From Candidatus Hydrothermarchaeum profundi (GTDB lineage Archaea > Hydrothermarchaeota > Hydrothermarchaeia > Hydrothermarchaeales > Hydrothermarchaeaceae): a stretch of DNA of 64,000 bases. This document shows, one piece after another, positions 41,352 to 51,872 of this stretch. The DNA lies in NCBI GenBank assembly GCA_002011125.2, contig MTMF02000009.1, positions 1,448,989 to 1,512,988 of the forward strand, read 5' to 3'. A program made the position numbers and the translations under genes. Under the pieces are notes generated by a model that was not told where the DNA came from, did not search any database, and worked only from the letters and a program-made list of their open reading frames with translations. Numbering within the stretch: position 1 is the stretch's first letter; each line of letters opens with the position of its first letter.

Positions 41352-41693
41352 TTAAGCCTCCTCTTTTACAGTTTTTTCTAAATTCTTTGTATCGCTCTCC
41401 TTTTCTTTCTCTTCCTCTGCGATAAAATTCTTCTTCAATATGTGTTCGGGCTCGATTTCTAAGGCTTTTTCCTTGCTTTCGTATATTTTTACAAAACCTA
41501 CTGATTCTCTAGCTCCAAAGAGGGATTTAAATGAGTCAACGACTACTGTGCCTTTTTTAGCTGTCATTAAAGCTTCTATTTTCTCTCTTACTTCTTTTCT
41601 GGTTGGGGTAGCGCCATTATGGTAGATCCTCACCCGTAGCTCTTTCCTATACAGTAAGGGATTATCTTTTTCTTCTAGAATCTCTATCTTCAT
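41352..41693 (-). CDS. rps24e: 30S ribosomal protein S24e
   Basis: MKIEILEEKDNPLLYRKE, ATPTRKEV, conserved operon position. Confidence 0.95.
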   Translation of the reverse strand: MKIEILEEKDNPLLYRKELRVRIYHNGATPTRKEVREKIEALMTAKKGTVVVDSFKSLFGARESVGFVKIYESKEKALEIEPEHILKKNFIAEEEKEKESDTKNLEKTVKEEA

Positions 41694-42223
41694 TTGGTAT
41701 CCTCCGGAAGCTTCCATTTTTCTCTATCCCACATTAGTTTTATTATGCTACCAGCATCAAATTTTGCATCCTCTGTTACCCTTACCATCACAATCCCCTC
41801 ATCTGGCTGGCCATATAAAATTACAGAATCCCAGTCAGCTTCTACGATGCATGGCAATACGGCTAGGTCCTCCTCACCGTCTACGATGATGAGAGTACCC
41901 TCTCTCTCCAATCCTTTATGGATTTTATCCCATAAATCCCTACTTATCATTCCCGGAGGGTTTTTTGCTTGTAATGCATGTTTCTTGATGTCGAATTTCT
42001 CTTTTATATCTCTCTTGGTCTTAAGATCTACTACGGCTAGATAAGGCTTTACACCTACAGCTAATACATTTTTAAGGGTAGTGTCTCCAACCACAATTAC
42101 TTTCTCGCCTTTTAATTCCTTTTTTATCTCTTCGGCAGGTTTAAGACCCTCCCCCCGATAGATTTTTCCAAAGGGCTTTTTTAATAGGCCTCGGACCTCT
42201 TCAGGTAATATAAGATCTTTCAT
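41690..42223 (-). CDS. GTP-dependent dephospho-CoA kinase (DUF359)
   Basis: VGD, VDLKTKR, NPPG, VDGEEDL, YGQP. Confidence 0.9.
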   Translation of the reverse strand: MKDLILPEEVRGLLKKPFGKIYRGEGLKPAEEIKKELKGEKVIVVGDTTLKNVLAVGVKPYLAVVDLKTKRDIKEKFDIKKHALQAKNPPGMISRDLWDKIHKGLEREGTLIIVDGEEDLAVLPCIVEADWDSVILYGQPDEGIVMVRVTEDAKFDAGSIIKLMWDREKWKLPEDTK

Positions 42224-42405
42224 CCTTTTACCCTCAACGCATATTTACCTTTAACTTTAATATCCAACTTTTCAGCGATTAGAGAATTTTCAGGGTCTAT
42301 AACACTCACGTAGCCCATCCAGTCAGCTGAAGTTGCGACCTTGCATATTGGGCATATATCAAGATTTGTTATCATCTTGCATTCTTTACAAGCTTTCTCT
42401 TTCAT
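42220..42405 (-). CDS. spt4: Transcription elongation factor Spt4 (RpoE'')
   Basis: KACKEC...CPIC...W.G...DPENS.IA...GKYALRV. Confidence 0.95.
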   Translation of the reverse strand: MKEKACKECKMITNLDICPICKVATSADWMGYVSVIDPENSLIAEKLDIKVKGKYALRVKG

Positions 42406-43029
42406 TTATTTTTCCTCTTTAGCAGCTTTTTTATCTTTCATTGCGCCTTCTTTACTTTTCTTTTCTTCTTCTAGCCATTCAAATTTACCTAAACCAGGTT
42501 GTCGCATTGTAAGATTTATTTTACTCTCTTTTTCTTTTTCTGAACTCAGGCTTATGGCGACTACACGGGCTCTAACTTTGTCACCTACTTGAAGTACTCT
42601 ATTTGTTTCTTTACCGATCAATGCTTCTCTCTTTTTGTCATATATTATGAAGTCGTCTGTTATTTGAGATACGTGAATTAATCCATCCAGCGACCCAAAT
42701 CTGACAAAAGCTCCGAATTCTACTATTTCTACTACTTCTCCGTCTAGTATCTCATGAAGTTCTGGCTTAAAGACCAAGGCTTCGAACTTAGTATTGTGAA
42801 AAGCGGCTCCATCTCCGGGAATAACGCTGCCATCATCTATCTCTTTAATATCGGTTATAGCCAGTACGGCTCCTAAGTCTTTATCAATTTTACCTTCGTA
42901 TCCTCCTTCTCTACGTCCTTTGTAGCTATAACCCACTTTTAGAATATTATCAATCACGTCACCTAAGGGCTTTCCAAACATTTCTGGCGGTACTCTCACC
43001 AGATCCTCTAAGACCACTAATTTGAATAT
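42406..43029 (-). CDS. rpoE1: RNA polymerase subunit Rpo7 (E'); probable ATA start
   Basis: EDLVRVPP, GDGA, FGAFV.FG.LDGLIHVSQI, LTMRQPGLGK. Confidence 0.95.
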   Translation of the reverse strand: MFKLVVLEDLVRVPPEMFGKPLGDVIDNILKVGYSYKGRREGGYEGKIDKDLGAVLAITDIKEIDDGSVIPGDGAAFHNTKFEALVFKPELHEILDGEVVEIVEFGAFVRFGSLDGLIHVSQITDDFIIYDKKREALIGKETNRVLQVGDKVRARVVAISLSSEKEKESKINLTMRQPGLGKFEWLEEEKKSKEGAMKDKKAAKEEK

Positions 43030-43041
43030 GGTGATACCTCC

Positions 43042-43431
43042 TTATTTCAAATATCCTTCAATGGTTAAGTATTTTTTTTGCCTTAAATAAATGATAGGTG
43101 CCCCCTTTTTTCTTATCTTCTCCTTTAAAACCTTATCGTTTGTACAAATAATAGTATCTCTTGATGCAAGATTTAGTAGGATATCGTCGGGATTTCCTTT
43201 TATATCAAGTAATTTCATTTTTTTTACCTCATGTAATGCAGCTCGTGCATATTGGGCACTAGTTCCCTTCTTTTTTGAGAGTTTTTCTAGTTCTTCAATA
43301 ACTCCTTTCAAGGTGTATACTTCGTATTTAACATCCAAGATTCTTTCAATCTCAGAACGAATATCAACGCCAAATTGAAACTGAGATAGAATAAAGTTCG
43401 TATCTAATATTACTTTATATGATTGTTCCGT
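43042..43431 (-). CDS. PIN-domain (Fcf1/Utp24-like) protein; probable ACG start
   Basis: KVILDTNF lies upstream of the track start; DD and CTND motifs; conserved position after eif2g. Confidence 0.85.
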   Translation of the reverse strand, partial: TEQSYKVILDTNFILSQFQFGVDIRSEIERILDVKYEVYTLKGVIEELEKLSKKKGTSAQYARAALHEVKKMKLLDIKGNPDDILLNLASRDTIICTNDKVLKEKIRKKGAPIIYLRQKKYLTIEGYLK

Positions 43432-44635
43432 ATCCTATCAGCCTCCACCGGGTACCTATACGTCTACTTATCGCCACCCTATCTCCTTTATCAGCGCTTA
43501 CTGGTAACCTTAGCTTAAGCTCTGCGCTACCATTTCGTGCACTCGTTACAACGCCAACACTTGTGGACGTTCCTACATTTAGCATGATAAGTTCGCTAGT
43601 CTTCAATTCTTCAACTTCTAACTCTTCTTTTGCACCAACTACCCTATTGAGGAGATTAACTTGAAGTGTTAAGCTGTTAAGTATGGGAGGCAGAGTTCCA
43701 GGTTCTCCTAATATCATGCCACTTAGACCATCGGCTTTTGTTAGGCTTGGATCCAGTTTGGTACCTATGCCTATTAAACCTCCAGGTCTCGCTATTTCTA
43801 TCTTTTCACTACCAACCATTAATGAAGTTATAGTAGTTTTAAGAGATCTCCAAAACGTTTGATTTTCTTCTTCTATCTTCAATCCAGGCCGGATTTCGAT
43901 TGTGTCGCCTACTTTTAAAGTACCTTGCATCAATGAACCTCCAACCACGCCTCCCTTTAACTCTTCTGGAGGAGTCCCGGGGCGATTAACGTCAAATGAT
44001 CTGGCGATATACATCCTAGCAGGCTTATTAGGATCCCTTTTAGGGGTCGGAATATTATTCTCTATTTCCATAATGAGGACATCGATATTAGCCTTATGCT
44101 GGGCTGCAATTGGTATAATAGGTGCGTTTTCAGCTGAGGTTCCCTTTATAAACTCTTTGATTTGTTTATAGTTTTCAAGTGCCTTTTCTTTAGAAACGAT
44201 ATCTATCTTATTTTGGACAATAACAATATTTTTTACTCCAATTATGTCTAGAGCCATTAAATGTTCTTTAGTCTGTGGTTGTGGGCAGGGCTCATTCGCA
44301 GCTATTACTAGTACAGCACCATCCATTATAGCAGCTCCTGATAGCATTGTAGCCATTAGTGTTTCATGACCCGGAGAATCTACAAATGAAACAGCTCTTA
44401 GAACCTCTGTTTTGGTACCACAATGGGTGCATATCTCTTCAGTTGTATAAGCTTGCGGTTCTGGGCACTTTGGGCATTTTCTAAACACGCAATTTGCATA
44501 ACCTAGCCTGATTGATATCCCTCTTTTTATTTCCTCACTGTGCCGGTCTGTCCAAACACCAGATAAAGCTTGAGTTAAAGTAGTTTTTCCATGGTCAACA
44601 TGACCAACCATCCCAATATTGATCTCAGACTGCAT
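43415..44635 (-). CDS. eif2g: Translation initiation factor 2 gamma subunit
   Basis: [37 protein letters not shown]. Confidence 0.97.
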   Translation of the reverse strand: MQSEINIGMVGHVDHGKTTLTQALSGVWTDRHSEEIKRGISIRLGYANCVFRKCPKCPEPQAYTTEEICTHCGTKTEVLRAVSFVDSPGHETLMATMLSGAAIMDGAVLVIAANEPCPQPQTKEHLMALDIIGVKNIVIVQNKIDIVSKEKALENYKQIKEFIKGTSAENAPIIPIAAQHKANIDVLIMEIENNIPTPKRDPNKPARMYIARSFDVNRPGTPPEELKGGVVGGSLMQGTLKVGDTIEIRPGLKIEEENQTFWRSLKTTITSLMVGSEKIEIARPGGLIGIGTKLDPSLTKADGLSGMILGEPGTLPPILNSLTLQVNLLNRVVGAKEELEVEELKTSELIMLNVGTSTSVGVVTSARNGSAELKLRLPVSADKGDRVAISRRIGTRWRLIGYGTII

Positions 44636-44636
44636 C

Positions 44637-45020
44637 CTACTGTTCCTCTGCTCCTAATATTTTTTCTATAGGAGTATTTCCTTTTTTCACTATTTTTGCA
44701 TTTATCTGGACAATATTAGGTGTTATAGTGTTTCCAGCTACTGTTTTTCGCTTTTTAGTTCCTTTAGTTTTTGGCTTATAACCCGGGCCTTTTGTTAAAT
44801 ATACTCTTCTTCTTGTCCTACCGGGCACATCTTTTCTCATTGGGAAGCCATCTTTATCGCTTCCCCCAGTAATCATTAATTCATAACCGCTTAATCCAAT
44901 ACCTTTTGCATTTACCACTTCACCTATTTTTTTTCCAACGAAAACTTTTGCTTTAGCTTCGTCTAACTCTAAATTATAAGACCTCCCTGTTTCTGGGTCT
45001 GAGATTATGATCTTTTGCAA
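44637..45020 (-). CDS. rps6e: 30S ribosomal protein S6e
   Basis: [20 protein letters not shown]. Confidence 0.96.
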   Translation of the reverse strand: MQKIIISDPETGRSYNLELDEAKAKVFVGKKIGEVVNAKGIGLSGYELMITGGSDKDGFPMRKDVPGRTRRRVYLTKGPGYKPKTKGTKKRKTVAGNTITPNIVQINAKIVKKGNTPIEKILGAEEQ

Positions 45021-46802
45021 TTAAACACCTCCAGTTGCCCAAAATGGGTTTTTCTTGCGCTTGATTCTTTTTATTTCTTCAAAAGCTTCATTTTCCTCAA
45101 ACGATAGATCTTCTTTATATTTTGCTTCAATTAATCTGGCTTCGTTTTCAGATATATCGCTATATAAAATATCTCCCTCATTTATTTGTTTTCCTACTAC
45201 TGGTCCCTCGATAGATACCGCAACTTGTTGGCCAATTTGTGCACATGAAATGTTTCTGCCTTTATCTTGAATTCCTTTTATATATCCAATTTGGGTTCCG
45301 TCCTCCTTCATTAATTTATAGTTATTCCTTATAACCCCTGCTAGTACTTCTATTCCTACTATTGCTGGCTTACTCGTTCTAAAAACAAAACCAGGGAGTA
45401 TTCTTATCTTCGCTGGCATAATTATTTTCTCTAGCTCTCTCTTCTTCTCTTCCTCTAGTTTTTCTTTAACCCAGTCTAGGTATTCTTCAATTAATTTATA
45501 AATAACATTATTTCTGAAAATTAGTACTCCAGTATTATTTGCTCTCTCCTCAGCGTCTTTCAATACTTTAACATTGAATCCTAATACTACTGCCCTAATC
45601 GGGGCTTCCTCTTTTGCAGTCTCGGCTTCTAAAATATCCCGTTTTGTAATATCTCCCACATCAGCAAGTCTGATAGGTATCTTCTCTTCTTCTAGCATCT
45701 TTACAAGTGCTTCTAGAGAGCCTAAGGTATCTGCCTTTACTATGACTCCCAGTTTTTCTGTTTCTACTTTGACTTCCTCCATCTCAGCTTTGACTTCTTC
45801 TATTATCTCGTCTCTCCCATTCCATATTGCTCTTAAAGGAGAGCCAGCGAGAGCCTCTCCTAAATTTGGTGCTGCGATTTTGATTCCTGCTGCAGCTACA
45901 ACTTCAGTAGTGCTTTGAAATCTATACCTAGGGTCTCTTATTTCGTCTAACGGTTTCGGCTTTAGAAGAGACCTTACTTTCGTCACAATAACATCTTTTT
46001 TTCCTCCTAAAGCAATGTAGTCCCCTCTCCTAATTTTTCCATCGTAGATTATTACATCTATTGTTGTGCCGAGCCCTACTTCCTCTTTTACCTCTAATAT
46101 CGTCCCCTTAGCCGGGCTGTCAAGTTTGATTTGTAGTTTTTTCTCTAAGAACTTTTGAGCTAATCCGATTAGTATCATTAAAAGCTCTGGAAGACCTTCT
46201 CCAGTTTTTGCACTGACCGGAACTATTGCGACTTGCTTCTCAAATTTTTCTACTCTGTCGAATCTTTCTGATTGAAATCCTTCTTCATAGAGCTTGCCTA
46301 CTAACTCGTATACTTTCTCCTCCAAATATTTTCTTACACCCTCAGTTTGTTTTGAAAAACTATGGGTAAATGGATATCTCTGGAAAACTTGCCATCCGCG
46401 TATTTTATCGATTTTATTTGCTGCTATTAGGAAAGGCGTCCTATTTGTTCTAAGAATATTTAGCGCTTCGAAAGTTTGAGGCTGAAAGCCTTCTGTTATA
46501 TCTACAACCAGTATAGCAATATCAGCTAGCGCTCCTCCCCTTTTACGGAGCGTTGTAAAAGCCGCATGCCCGGGGGTGTCTATGAAGAGAAGTCCTGGGA
46601 TAGTTATCTTAATACTCAGTTGTTTCATCAAGCCTCCACAAATATTTTCTATGACCTTTATAGGTATCTCAGTAGCTCCTATATGTTGTGTAATGCCCCC
46701 TGCCTCTCTCTCTGCAACCGCGCTCCCTCTTATCTTATCTAGTAGAGTAGTCTTACCATGGTCTACGTGACCTAACACGGACACAACGGGTTGCCTTATC
46801 AT
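45021..46802 (-). CDS. infB: Translation initiation factor IF-2 (aIF5B)
   Basis: [27 protein letters not shown]; no intein. Confidence 0.97.
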   Translation of the reverse strand: MIRQPVVSVLGHVDHGKTTLLDKIRGSAVAEREAGGITQHIGATEIPIKVIENICGGLMKQLSIKITIPGLLFIDTPGHAAFTTLRKRGGALADIAILVVDITEGFQPQTFEALNILRTNRTPFLIAANKIDKIRGWQVFQRYPFTHSFSKQTEGVRKYLEEKVYELVGKLYEEGFQSERFDRVEKFEKQVAIVPVSAKTGEGLPELLMILIGLAQKFLEKKLQIKLDSPAKGTILEVKEEVGLGTTIDVIIYDGKIRRGDYIALGGKKDVIVTKVRSLLKPKPLDEIRDPRYRFQSTTEVVAAAGIKIAAPNLGEALAGSPLRAIWNGRDEIIEEVKAEMEEVKVETEKLGVIVKADTLGSLEALVKMLEEEKIPIRLADVGDITKRDILEAETAKEEAPIRAVVLGFNVKVLKDAEERANNTGVLIFRNNVIYKLIEEYLDWVKEKLEEEKKRELEKIIMPAKIRILPGFVFRTSKPAIVGIEVLAGVIRNNYKLMKEDGTQIGYIKGIQDKGRNISCAQIGQQVAVSIEGPVVGKQINEGDILYSDISENEARLIEAKYKEDLSFEENEAFEEIKRIKRKKNPFWATGGV

Positions 46803-46860
46803 TCTTATAGAACTCCTACTAAAAATATGATATGACTTTTAATTAATTAGCTTAAGATAG

Positions 46861-47313
46861 TTAGCTTTCGTAAATCCACTCTTCGCCTGCCCTTTTATAT
46901 TTGACGAGTTCTTCTTCACTAAAGAATAGTTCTAACTCTCTTTTGGCAGATTCAATCGAGTCCGAGGCATGAACTATGTTTTTCCCAACATCTATTCCAA
47001 AATCCCCTCGAATTGTTCCTATAGGCGATTCTTTAGGGTCAGTATTTCCTATAATAGATCTTAGTATCCTTACTGCATCCTTGCCTTCAATAGCCATAGC
47101 AACTGAGGGGGCTGAGGTGATAAAGGATATAAGACTCTCAAAAAAAGGCTTATCTTTATGTTCGGCGTAATGTTTTTTTGCGAGATTCTCGTCTAGCTTT
47201 ATCATTTTCATTCCTACTATTTTCAGGCCTTTATCTTCTATTCTAGATATGACTTTTCCTATTAACCCCCTTGATACTCCATCAGGCTTTATCATTAGGA
47301 ATGTCCTCTCCAC
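46861..47313 (-). CDS. ndk: Nucleoside diphosphate kinase
   Basis: [27 protein letters not shown]. Confidence 0.97.
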   Translation of the reverse strand: MERTFLMIKPDGVSRGLIGKVISRIEDKGLKIVGMKMIKLDENLAKKHYAEHKDKPFFESLISFITSAPSVAMAIEGKDAVRILRSIIGNTDPKESPIGTIRGDFGIDVGKNIVHASDSIESAKRELELFFSEEELVKYKRAGEEWIYES

Positions 47314-47326
47314 TTTTTCAGCCCCA

Positions 47327-47512
47327 TTAATCTCGCTTCTTTTTAATAACCCACCTTACTTTTCTAGGAGTCCTTCCAAGTTTAATGAGATTTTTTTCAC
47401 ATTTTGAACTGCAAAAATAGAGTACATGGCCGTCTTTCTTTACAAACATTATTCCAGTTCCGGGTTCGATCGTATCCCTACAAAATGAACATTTATGGGC
47501 TTCCATTTCCAA
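47327..47512 (-). CDS. rpl24e: 50S ribosomal protein L24e
   Basis: CSFC...IEPGTG.MFV..DG....FCSSKC. Confidence 0.96.
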   Translation of the reverse strand: MEMEAHKCSFCRDTIEPGTGIMFVKKDGHVLYFCSSKCEKNLIKLGRTPRKVRWVIKKKRD

Positions 47513-47515
47513 TCA

Positions 47516-47731
47516 CTATGGTATTTTTATCTCCCTTGCTTCACGCTCAGTTTCCATTAATATTAAGATATCACCAACTCTAACGGGTCCTTTAACATTC
47601 CTTCGGATAATCCTCCCTTTATCCCTTCCCTGAAGTATCCTACATTTTACCTGTAATATCTCTCCTGTCATTCCTGTTCTCCCAATTACTTCGACAACTT
47701 CTGCGGGAAAACCTTGATATTCCTCAACCAT
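47516..47731 (-). CDS. rps28e: 30S ribosomal protein S28e
   Basis: [24 protein letters not shown]. Confidence 0.96.
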   Translation of the reverse strand: MVEEYQGFPAEVVEVIGRTGMTGEILQVKCRILQGRDKGRIIRRNVKGPVRVGDILILMETEREAREIKIP

Positions 47732-47740
47732 ATAGATCGC

Positions 47741-48112
47741 TTACTCCTTTTTTAATGCTTTAAGTTGCTCTACAATCTCATCAACAGCTTCTTTTGCCTT
47801 TCCAGGATTTACTATGCATGATGAAGCAGTCGGAACCTCGATTCCACTAGCTTTTCCAAGTTCCATTTTATCTGGCACATATATATAGGGGATTTTTTTC
47901 TCTTCGCAGAGCATAGGTAGATGAGCCACTATTTCTTCAGGCTCAACATCTGTGGCGATCAAAACAAGTTTTGCTTGGCCACGCTCAACCAACTTAGTCA
48001 CTTCGTTTGTTCCTTTTCTAATTTTTCCAGTGCTCCTTGCAGTTTCCAAGGCTTCATATGCTTTTTCAGCGAGTTCTTTCGGAACCTCGAACCTTACATA
48101 CATTTTAGACAT
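47741..48112 (-). CDS. rpl7ae: 50S ribosomal protein L7Ae
   Basis: [24 protein letters not shown]. Confidence 0.97.
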   Translation of the reverse strand: MSKMYVRFEVPKELAEKAYEALETARSTGKIRKGTNEVTKLVERGQAKLVLIATDVEPEEIVAHLPMLCEEKKIPYIYVPDKMELGKASGIEVPTASSCIVNPGKAKEAVDEIVEQLKALKKE

Positions 48113-48114
48113 TT

Positions 48115-48136
48115 CATACCTCCTTTCATCGGTATG
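48115..48136 (-). promoter_or_regulatory. K-loop in the rpl7ae 5' UTR overlapping the SD
   Basis: CAUACC-GAU-GA-AAG-GA-GGUAUG: 6-bp stem, 3-nt bulge, tandem GA/AG. Confidence 0.75.
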
Positions 48137-48177
48137 TCCTATTAGAGAGAATTAATATCTGATTTAAAGTTTTCCCT

Positions 48178-49854
48178 TTATTTATGAGTAAAGTAGGATA
48201 CTATTTCTCCGTCTTTACTGTCTATTCTGACGTAACCAAATCTCTCAAATTGTACTATATCATCTATGTTAACATCAGTAAGGCTAATTTCTCCTACTCC
48301 TCCAATAACTCCATTAGGTGAGATTACTTTAACTGCGATATTCTCTTTTACGGGTACCCAGTGAATTAATTTTGCCTTTATTTCTCTTGCATACTCCAGT
48401 TCTTCACTTACAAATTTGCTAATAATCTTATCTTTCTTACTACAGATCTCTATATTAAATGCCTCCATGAGTCTAACAGTGTTGCCTTCTTTCAAATTAT
48501 CGAAATCTTGTTTGGTAATGTATAATCTACACTCACCTTGCTCTGAGGTAATACTGATTACTCTACTACCTCTATCTGGATAATCAGGATGTAGTGGTGC
48601 TTTAACTTTTTTCCCTTTACATCCCTTCACGATCAATTCTTTTGGATTAAAAACAAAAAAGTACCTGTTTGATTTTGCATCGATGAAACTTCTATTAAAT
48701 GCGTAGAGATTTTCCCAACTAAAGTTTATGTCCGCCATTTTTACCCCAATGTCTATCATGGCTTGTCTAACGGCCTCAGGCTGTATTCCTCTACGTTTAA
48801 GCGCTTTCAATGTTCCCAGCTTTATGTCATCCCATCCAGAATATTCTCCTTTTTTAATTCCTTCCCTAATATCGGAAGTGCTCAATGCAACACCTTCTAT
48901 TTTTAGTCTACCATAATGAATAAACTCTGGAGGTGTCCAGCCAAGATATTTATAAATGAATTTTTGCTTTTCAGTATTTGCTATGTGATCTTTGCCTCTC
49001 AATACGTGAGTAAGACCATCTAAGTGATCATCAATTGTTACCGAAAAGTTCATAAGAGGGTATACTCTACAGTCTCCAACACGCGGATGGGGAAAGCCAC
49101 TTATCCTCATTATCGGAAACTCTCGCATAGAGGGGTCTGCTAGGTTCATATCCGTTTTTAGTCTTACTACAGCTTCTCCTTCACCATAAGCAGTGAACAT
49201 TTTTTCAAATCTTTCAAGGTTCAGTTCTATTTCGTTGTTTCTGCAGTTACAGATTCTCTTTAGTACTCTTAATTTTTGAAATTCTTTAGGATTGCAAGTG
49301 CAAACATACGCGTGCCCTTTTTTTATTAATTTCTCCGCATAGCGATAGTAAATTTCTAAGCGGTCAGATTGTATCACCGTTTTATGAGTAGTTACCCCGA
49401 GCCATTCTAAATCCTGCTTTATCATGTCATAGGCGTCTAGGTCTACTCTAGTTGGGTCAGTATCTTCGAATCTTAGAATGAGCTTTCCATTGTATCGTTT
49501 AGCATATTCATCATTTAATACAGCTGCCCTACTATGGCCTAGATGCAGGGGTCCTGAGGGGTTAGGGGCAAATCGTAAAACAACATTTTTGGTTTTAGAT
49601 AATGGGGGTAATGTTTTCTCTCTCTTCTCTTTAACCGAGAATTCATATTTCTTTATATTTTTTTCTCGTTCTTTAATAGAAAGAGAATTCACTTCTTTTA
49701 CTATATCCTCAACCTGAGGGAGGAGTTCCTTAATTCTGGATTTAAGCTCTGGAAGCTCAGCGAGTACTTTACCCAAAACAGCTTTAGAATCCGCTTTCCC
49801 ATAGTCAAGGGCATTTTTCAGCGCATACTTATAGATTATCTCTTTCAAACTCAT
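48178..49854 (-). CDS. gltX: Glutamate--tRNA ligase
   Basis: RFAPNPSGPLHLGH, RFEDTDP, THVLRGKDH, LSTS, QFERFGY. Confidence 0.96.
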   Translation of the reverse strand: MSLKEIIYKYALKNALDYGKADSKAVLGKVLAELPELKSRIKELLPQVEDIVKEVNSLSIKEREKNIKKYEFSVKEKREKTLPPLSKTKNVVLRFAPNPSGPLHLGHSRAAVLNDEYAKRYNGKLILRFEDTDPTRVDLDAYDMIKQDLEWLGVTTHKTVIQSDRLEIYYRYAEKLIKKGHAYVCTCNPKEFQKLRVLKRICNCRNNEIELNLERFEKMFTAYGEGEAVVRLKTDMNLADPSMREFPIMRISGFPHPRVGDCRVYPLMNFSVTIDDHLDGLTHVLRGKDHIANTEKQKFIYKYLGWTPPEFIHYGRLKIEGVALSTSDIREGIKKGEYSGWDDIKLGTLKALKRRGIQPEAVRQAMIDIGVKMADINFSWENLYAFNRSFIDAKSNRYFFVFNPKELIVKGCKGKKVKAPLHPDYPDRGSRVISITSEQGECRLYITKQDFDNLKEGNTVRLMEAFNIEICSKKDKIISKFVSEELEYAREIKAKLIHWVPVKENIAVKVISPNGVIGGVGEISLTDVNIDDIVQFERFGYVRIDSKDGEIVSYFTHK

Positions 49855-49966
49855 AAACTCCTTCGGTTTAAATCGTTAATGTAAAAAAGCTTTACCTTGG
49901 ATAGAATAAATTTATAAGCTTTGAATTAAAAACATTACTGAAAACTCTTATAAAAGGTGGGGTGAG

Positions 49967-50137
49967 ATGAAGAGAGAGATCGAGGGAATATTAGTAAGGG
50001 AGAAGGATCAGCCAGCTATCAAAACCTCTGATAATAAGATTAGACTAATTTATAATCTATTTGATGGACTTACAGGAAAAAAAGTTAAATTTATTATCGA
50101 GGAAATCACCGAAGAAGAGAGCACAGACGATGCCTAA
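49967..50137 (+). CDS. 56-aa hypothetical protein not in ORF track (MKREIEGILVREKDQPAIKTSDNKIRLIYNLFDGLTGKKVKFIIEEITEEESTDDA)
   Basis: SD-like GGTGGGGTGA directly before ATG; TATA-like element upstream. Confidence 0.65.
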   Translation: MKREIEGILVREKDQPAIKTSDNKIRLIYNLFDGLTGKKVKFIIEEITEEESTDDA

Positions 50138-50212
50138 GTCTGTAGCTAGCAGTTTATTTGACGAGGGAATTTTTAAGCGTTGATATCCTACTATAAGCTT
50201 CGAGTGATTAAT

Positions 50213-51199
50213 ATGGATATACTATGGTTAGATGATGAAGATATGAAGAAAGTTTTAACTATGGATAAGGTCATGGACGCGGTTAAAGAAGCTTTTAAGG
50301 AACATGGTTTAAAGAATGTCAGAATGCCTCCTAAGATTTATCTTAATTTAAACGAATTCAACGGGGATATTAGGGCTATGCCAGCATATATTCCCTCGCT
50401 AAAAACAGCAGGTGTAAAAATAGTTAATGCTCATCCAGATAATCCTAAAAAAAATCTTCCTACAGTGATGGCAGTAGTTATATTAAATGACCCTACGACA
50501 GGTGCTCCTTACTCTATAATGAACGGAACTCTTCTCACAGACATGAGAACCGGTGCTGCAGGAGGTCTCGCAGCGAGATATTTGGCAAGAGAAGATTCAG
50601 CTGTGATTGGAATGATAGGCTCTGGGAGACAGGCTAGAACTCAACTTATGGGGTTAAGTGAGATAATGGGTATCGAGATGGTAAAAGTAGCGAGTAAAAG
50701 CAGAGAAAGTTGCGTAAAATTCAAGGAGGAAATGAAAGAACTCATCTGTGGAGATATCGTTATAACTACGGTTAAAGAGGCATGTGACTGTGATATCTTG
50801 GTGACTACCACGCCTGTTACTGCTCCTATTATTAAGGCAGAATGGGTCAAGCTTGGCACTCACATTAATGCTATTGGAGCAGATGCGCGAGGAAAAGAGG
50901 AATTAGACCCTTTACTCCTAAAGAAGTCGAAAATAGTTGTAGATGACAAGGCGCAAGCGTTTCACTCCGGTGAAATTAATGTTCCTCTTGAAAAAGGGAT
51001 AATCACCGAGAAAGATATCTACGGAGAACTCGGTGAAATAATAGCTGGATTAAAGCCCGGTAGAGAAAATGACTCGGAGATAACTATTTTTGACTCTACA
51101 GGTCTCGCAATTCAGGATATCGCTACGGCTAATCTCGCATATTCTCTGGCAAAATCTAAGGGTTTAGGAATGAGTATTCCATATAATCCTTTGAGCTAG
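50213..51199 (+). CDS. ala: Alanine dehydrogenase (ornithine cyclodeaminase/mu-crystallin family)
   Basis: GDIRAMPAY, GVKIVNAHP, TDMRTGAAG, HINAIGAD, FDSTGLAIQD. Confidence 0.85.
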   Translation: MDILWLDDEDMKKVLTMDKVMDAVKEAFKEHGLKNVRMPPKIYLNLNEFNGDIRAMPAYIPSLKTAGVKIVNAHPDNPKKNLPTVMAVVILNDPTTGAPYSIMNGTLLTDMRTGAAGGLAARYLAREDSAVIGMIGSGRQARTQLMGLSEIMGIEMVKVASKSRESCVKFKEEMKELICGDIVITTVKEACDCDILVTTTPVTAPIIKAEWVKLGTHINAIGADARGKEELDPLLLKKSKIVVDDKAQAFHSGEINVPLEKGIITEKDIYGELGEIIAGLKPGRENDSEITIFDSTGLAIQDIATANLAYSLAKSKGLGMSIPYNPLS

Positions 51200-51200
51200 T

Positions 51201-51872
51201 TTAATGGTGAGAGGATTTTAGACTTAGTGATAAAAATAAGTGGTCTTTCTCATATGGACTTAGATCGATGCTTTGTTCTATTTGAAAAACCTTTCTCAGT
51301 TTTCTTTTCTCTCTTCTGAAGATAGTTTCCGGCCTTTCCGCTACGTCTATACTTCGGGCTTTTACAGCTAGTAGTGCATGCCCCTCTTTTTTTAGGAAAT
51401 ATTCTGCATTAATGGTAAGTATCTCTGTTTGATTAGGCTGAGCTATATCTTGGTAAATTATGTCGACTTCTTCTAGCAATGGACTATACTCTTCAGGGTT
51501 TGACGCGTTCCCAAGGATAGGTATTAGGTTGTTTCTCTTTCTACTATTCTCAAGTAGTCCGAGGTATGCTTTTTTAGAAAATTCGATACAGTATACTACT
51601 CCTTCTGTAGCCACATCAGAGACATGGGAAGCAGTAGTTCCGGTTGCAGCTCCTAAGTACAGTATCTTTGAGTTTTTTTCAATAGGAAGGTTTTCTAGCC
51701 CATTCAGGATAGCCGCTGCGAGTTTACTTCTTGTAGGATTCCATAGCCTATATTCCTCTCCATTAATCTCAATTAATCTCTCGCCGTAGACGTTAAGTCC
51801 TGGCGTATAATTTTTGGTAGCAAGTCTGTCTCCTAGCAGATATATGCCTGGAAATTTTTCTTCTACCTGCGT
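51201..51872 (-). CDS. flpA: Fibrillarin rRNA/tRNA 2'-O-methyltransferase; probable ACG start
   Basis: Frame continues upstream of the track ORF through VYGE, YRLWNPTRSKLAAA and LYLGAATGTTASHVSD; DIAQPNQ, LSPYEKDH. Confidence 0.93.
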   Translation of the reverse strand, partial: TQVEEKFPGIYLLGDRLATKNYTPGLNVYGERLIEINGEEYRLWNPTRSKLAAAILNGLENLPIEKNSKILYLGAATGTTASHVSDVATEGVVYCIEFSKKAYLGLLENSRKRNNLIPILGNASNPEEYSPLLEEVDIIYQDIAQPNQTEILTINAEYFLKKEGHALLAVKARSIDVAERPETIFRREKRKLRKVFQIEQSIDLSPYEKDHLFLSLSLKSSHH

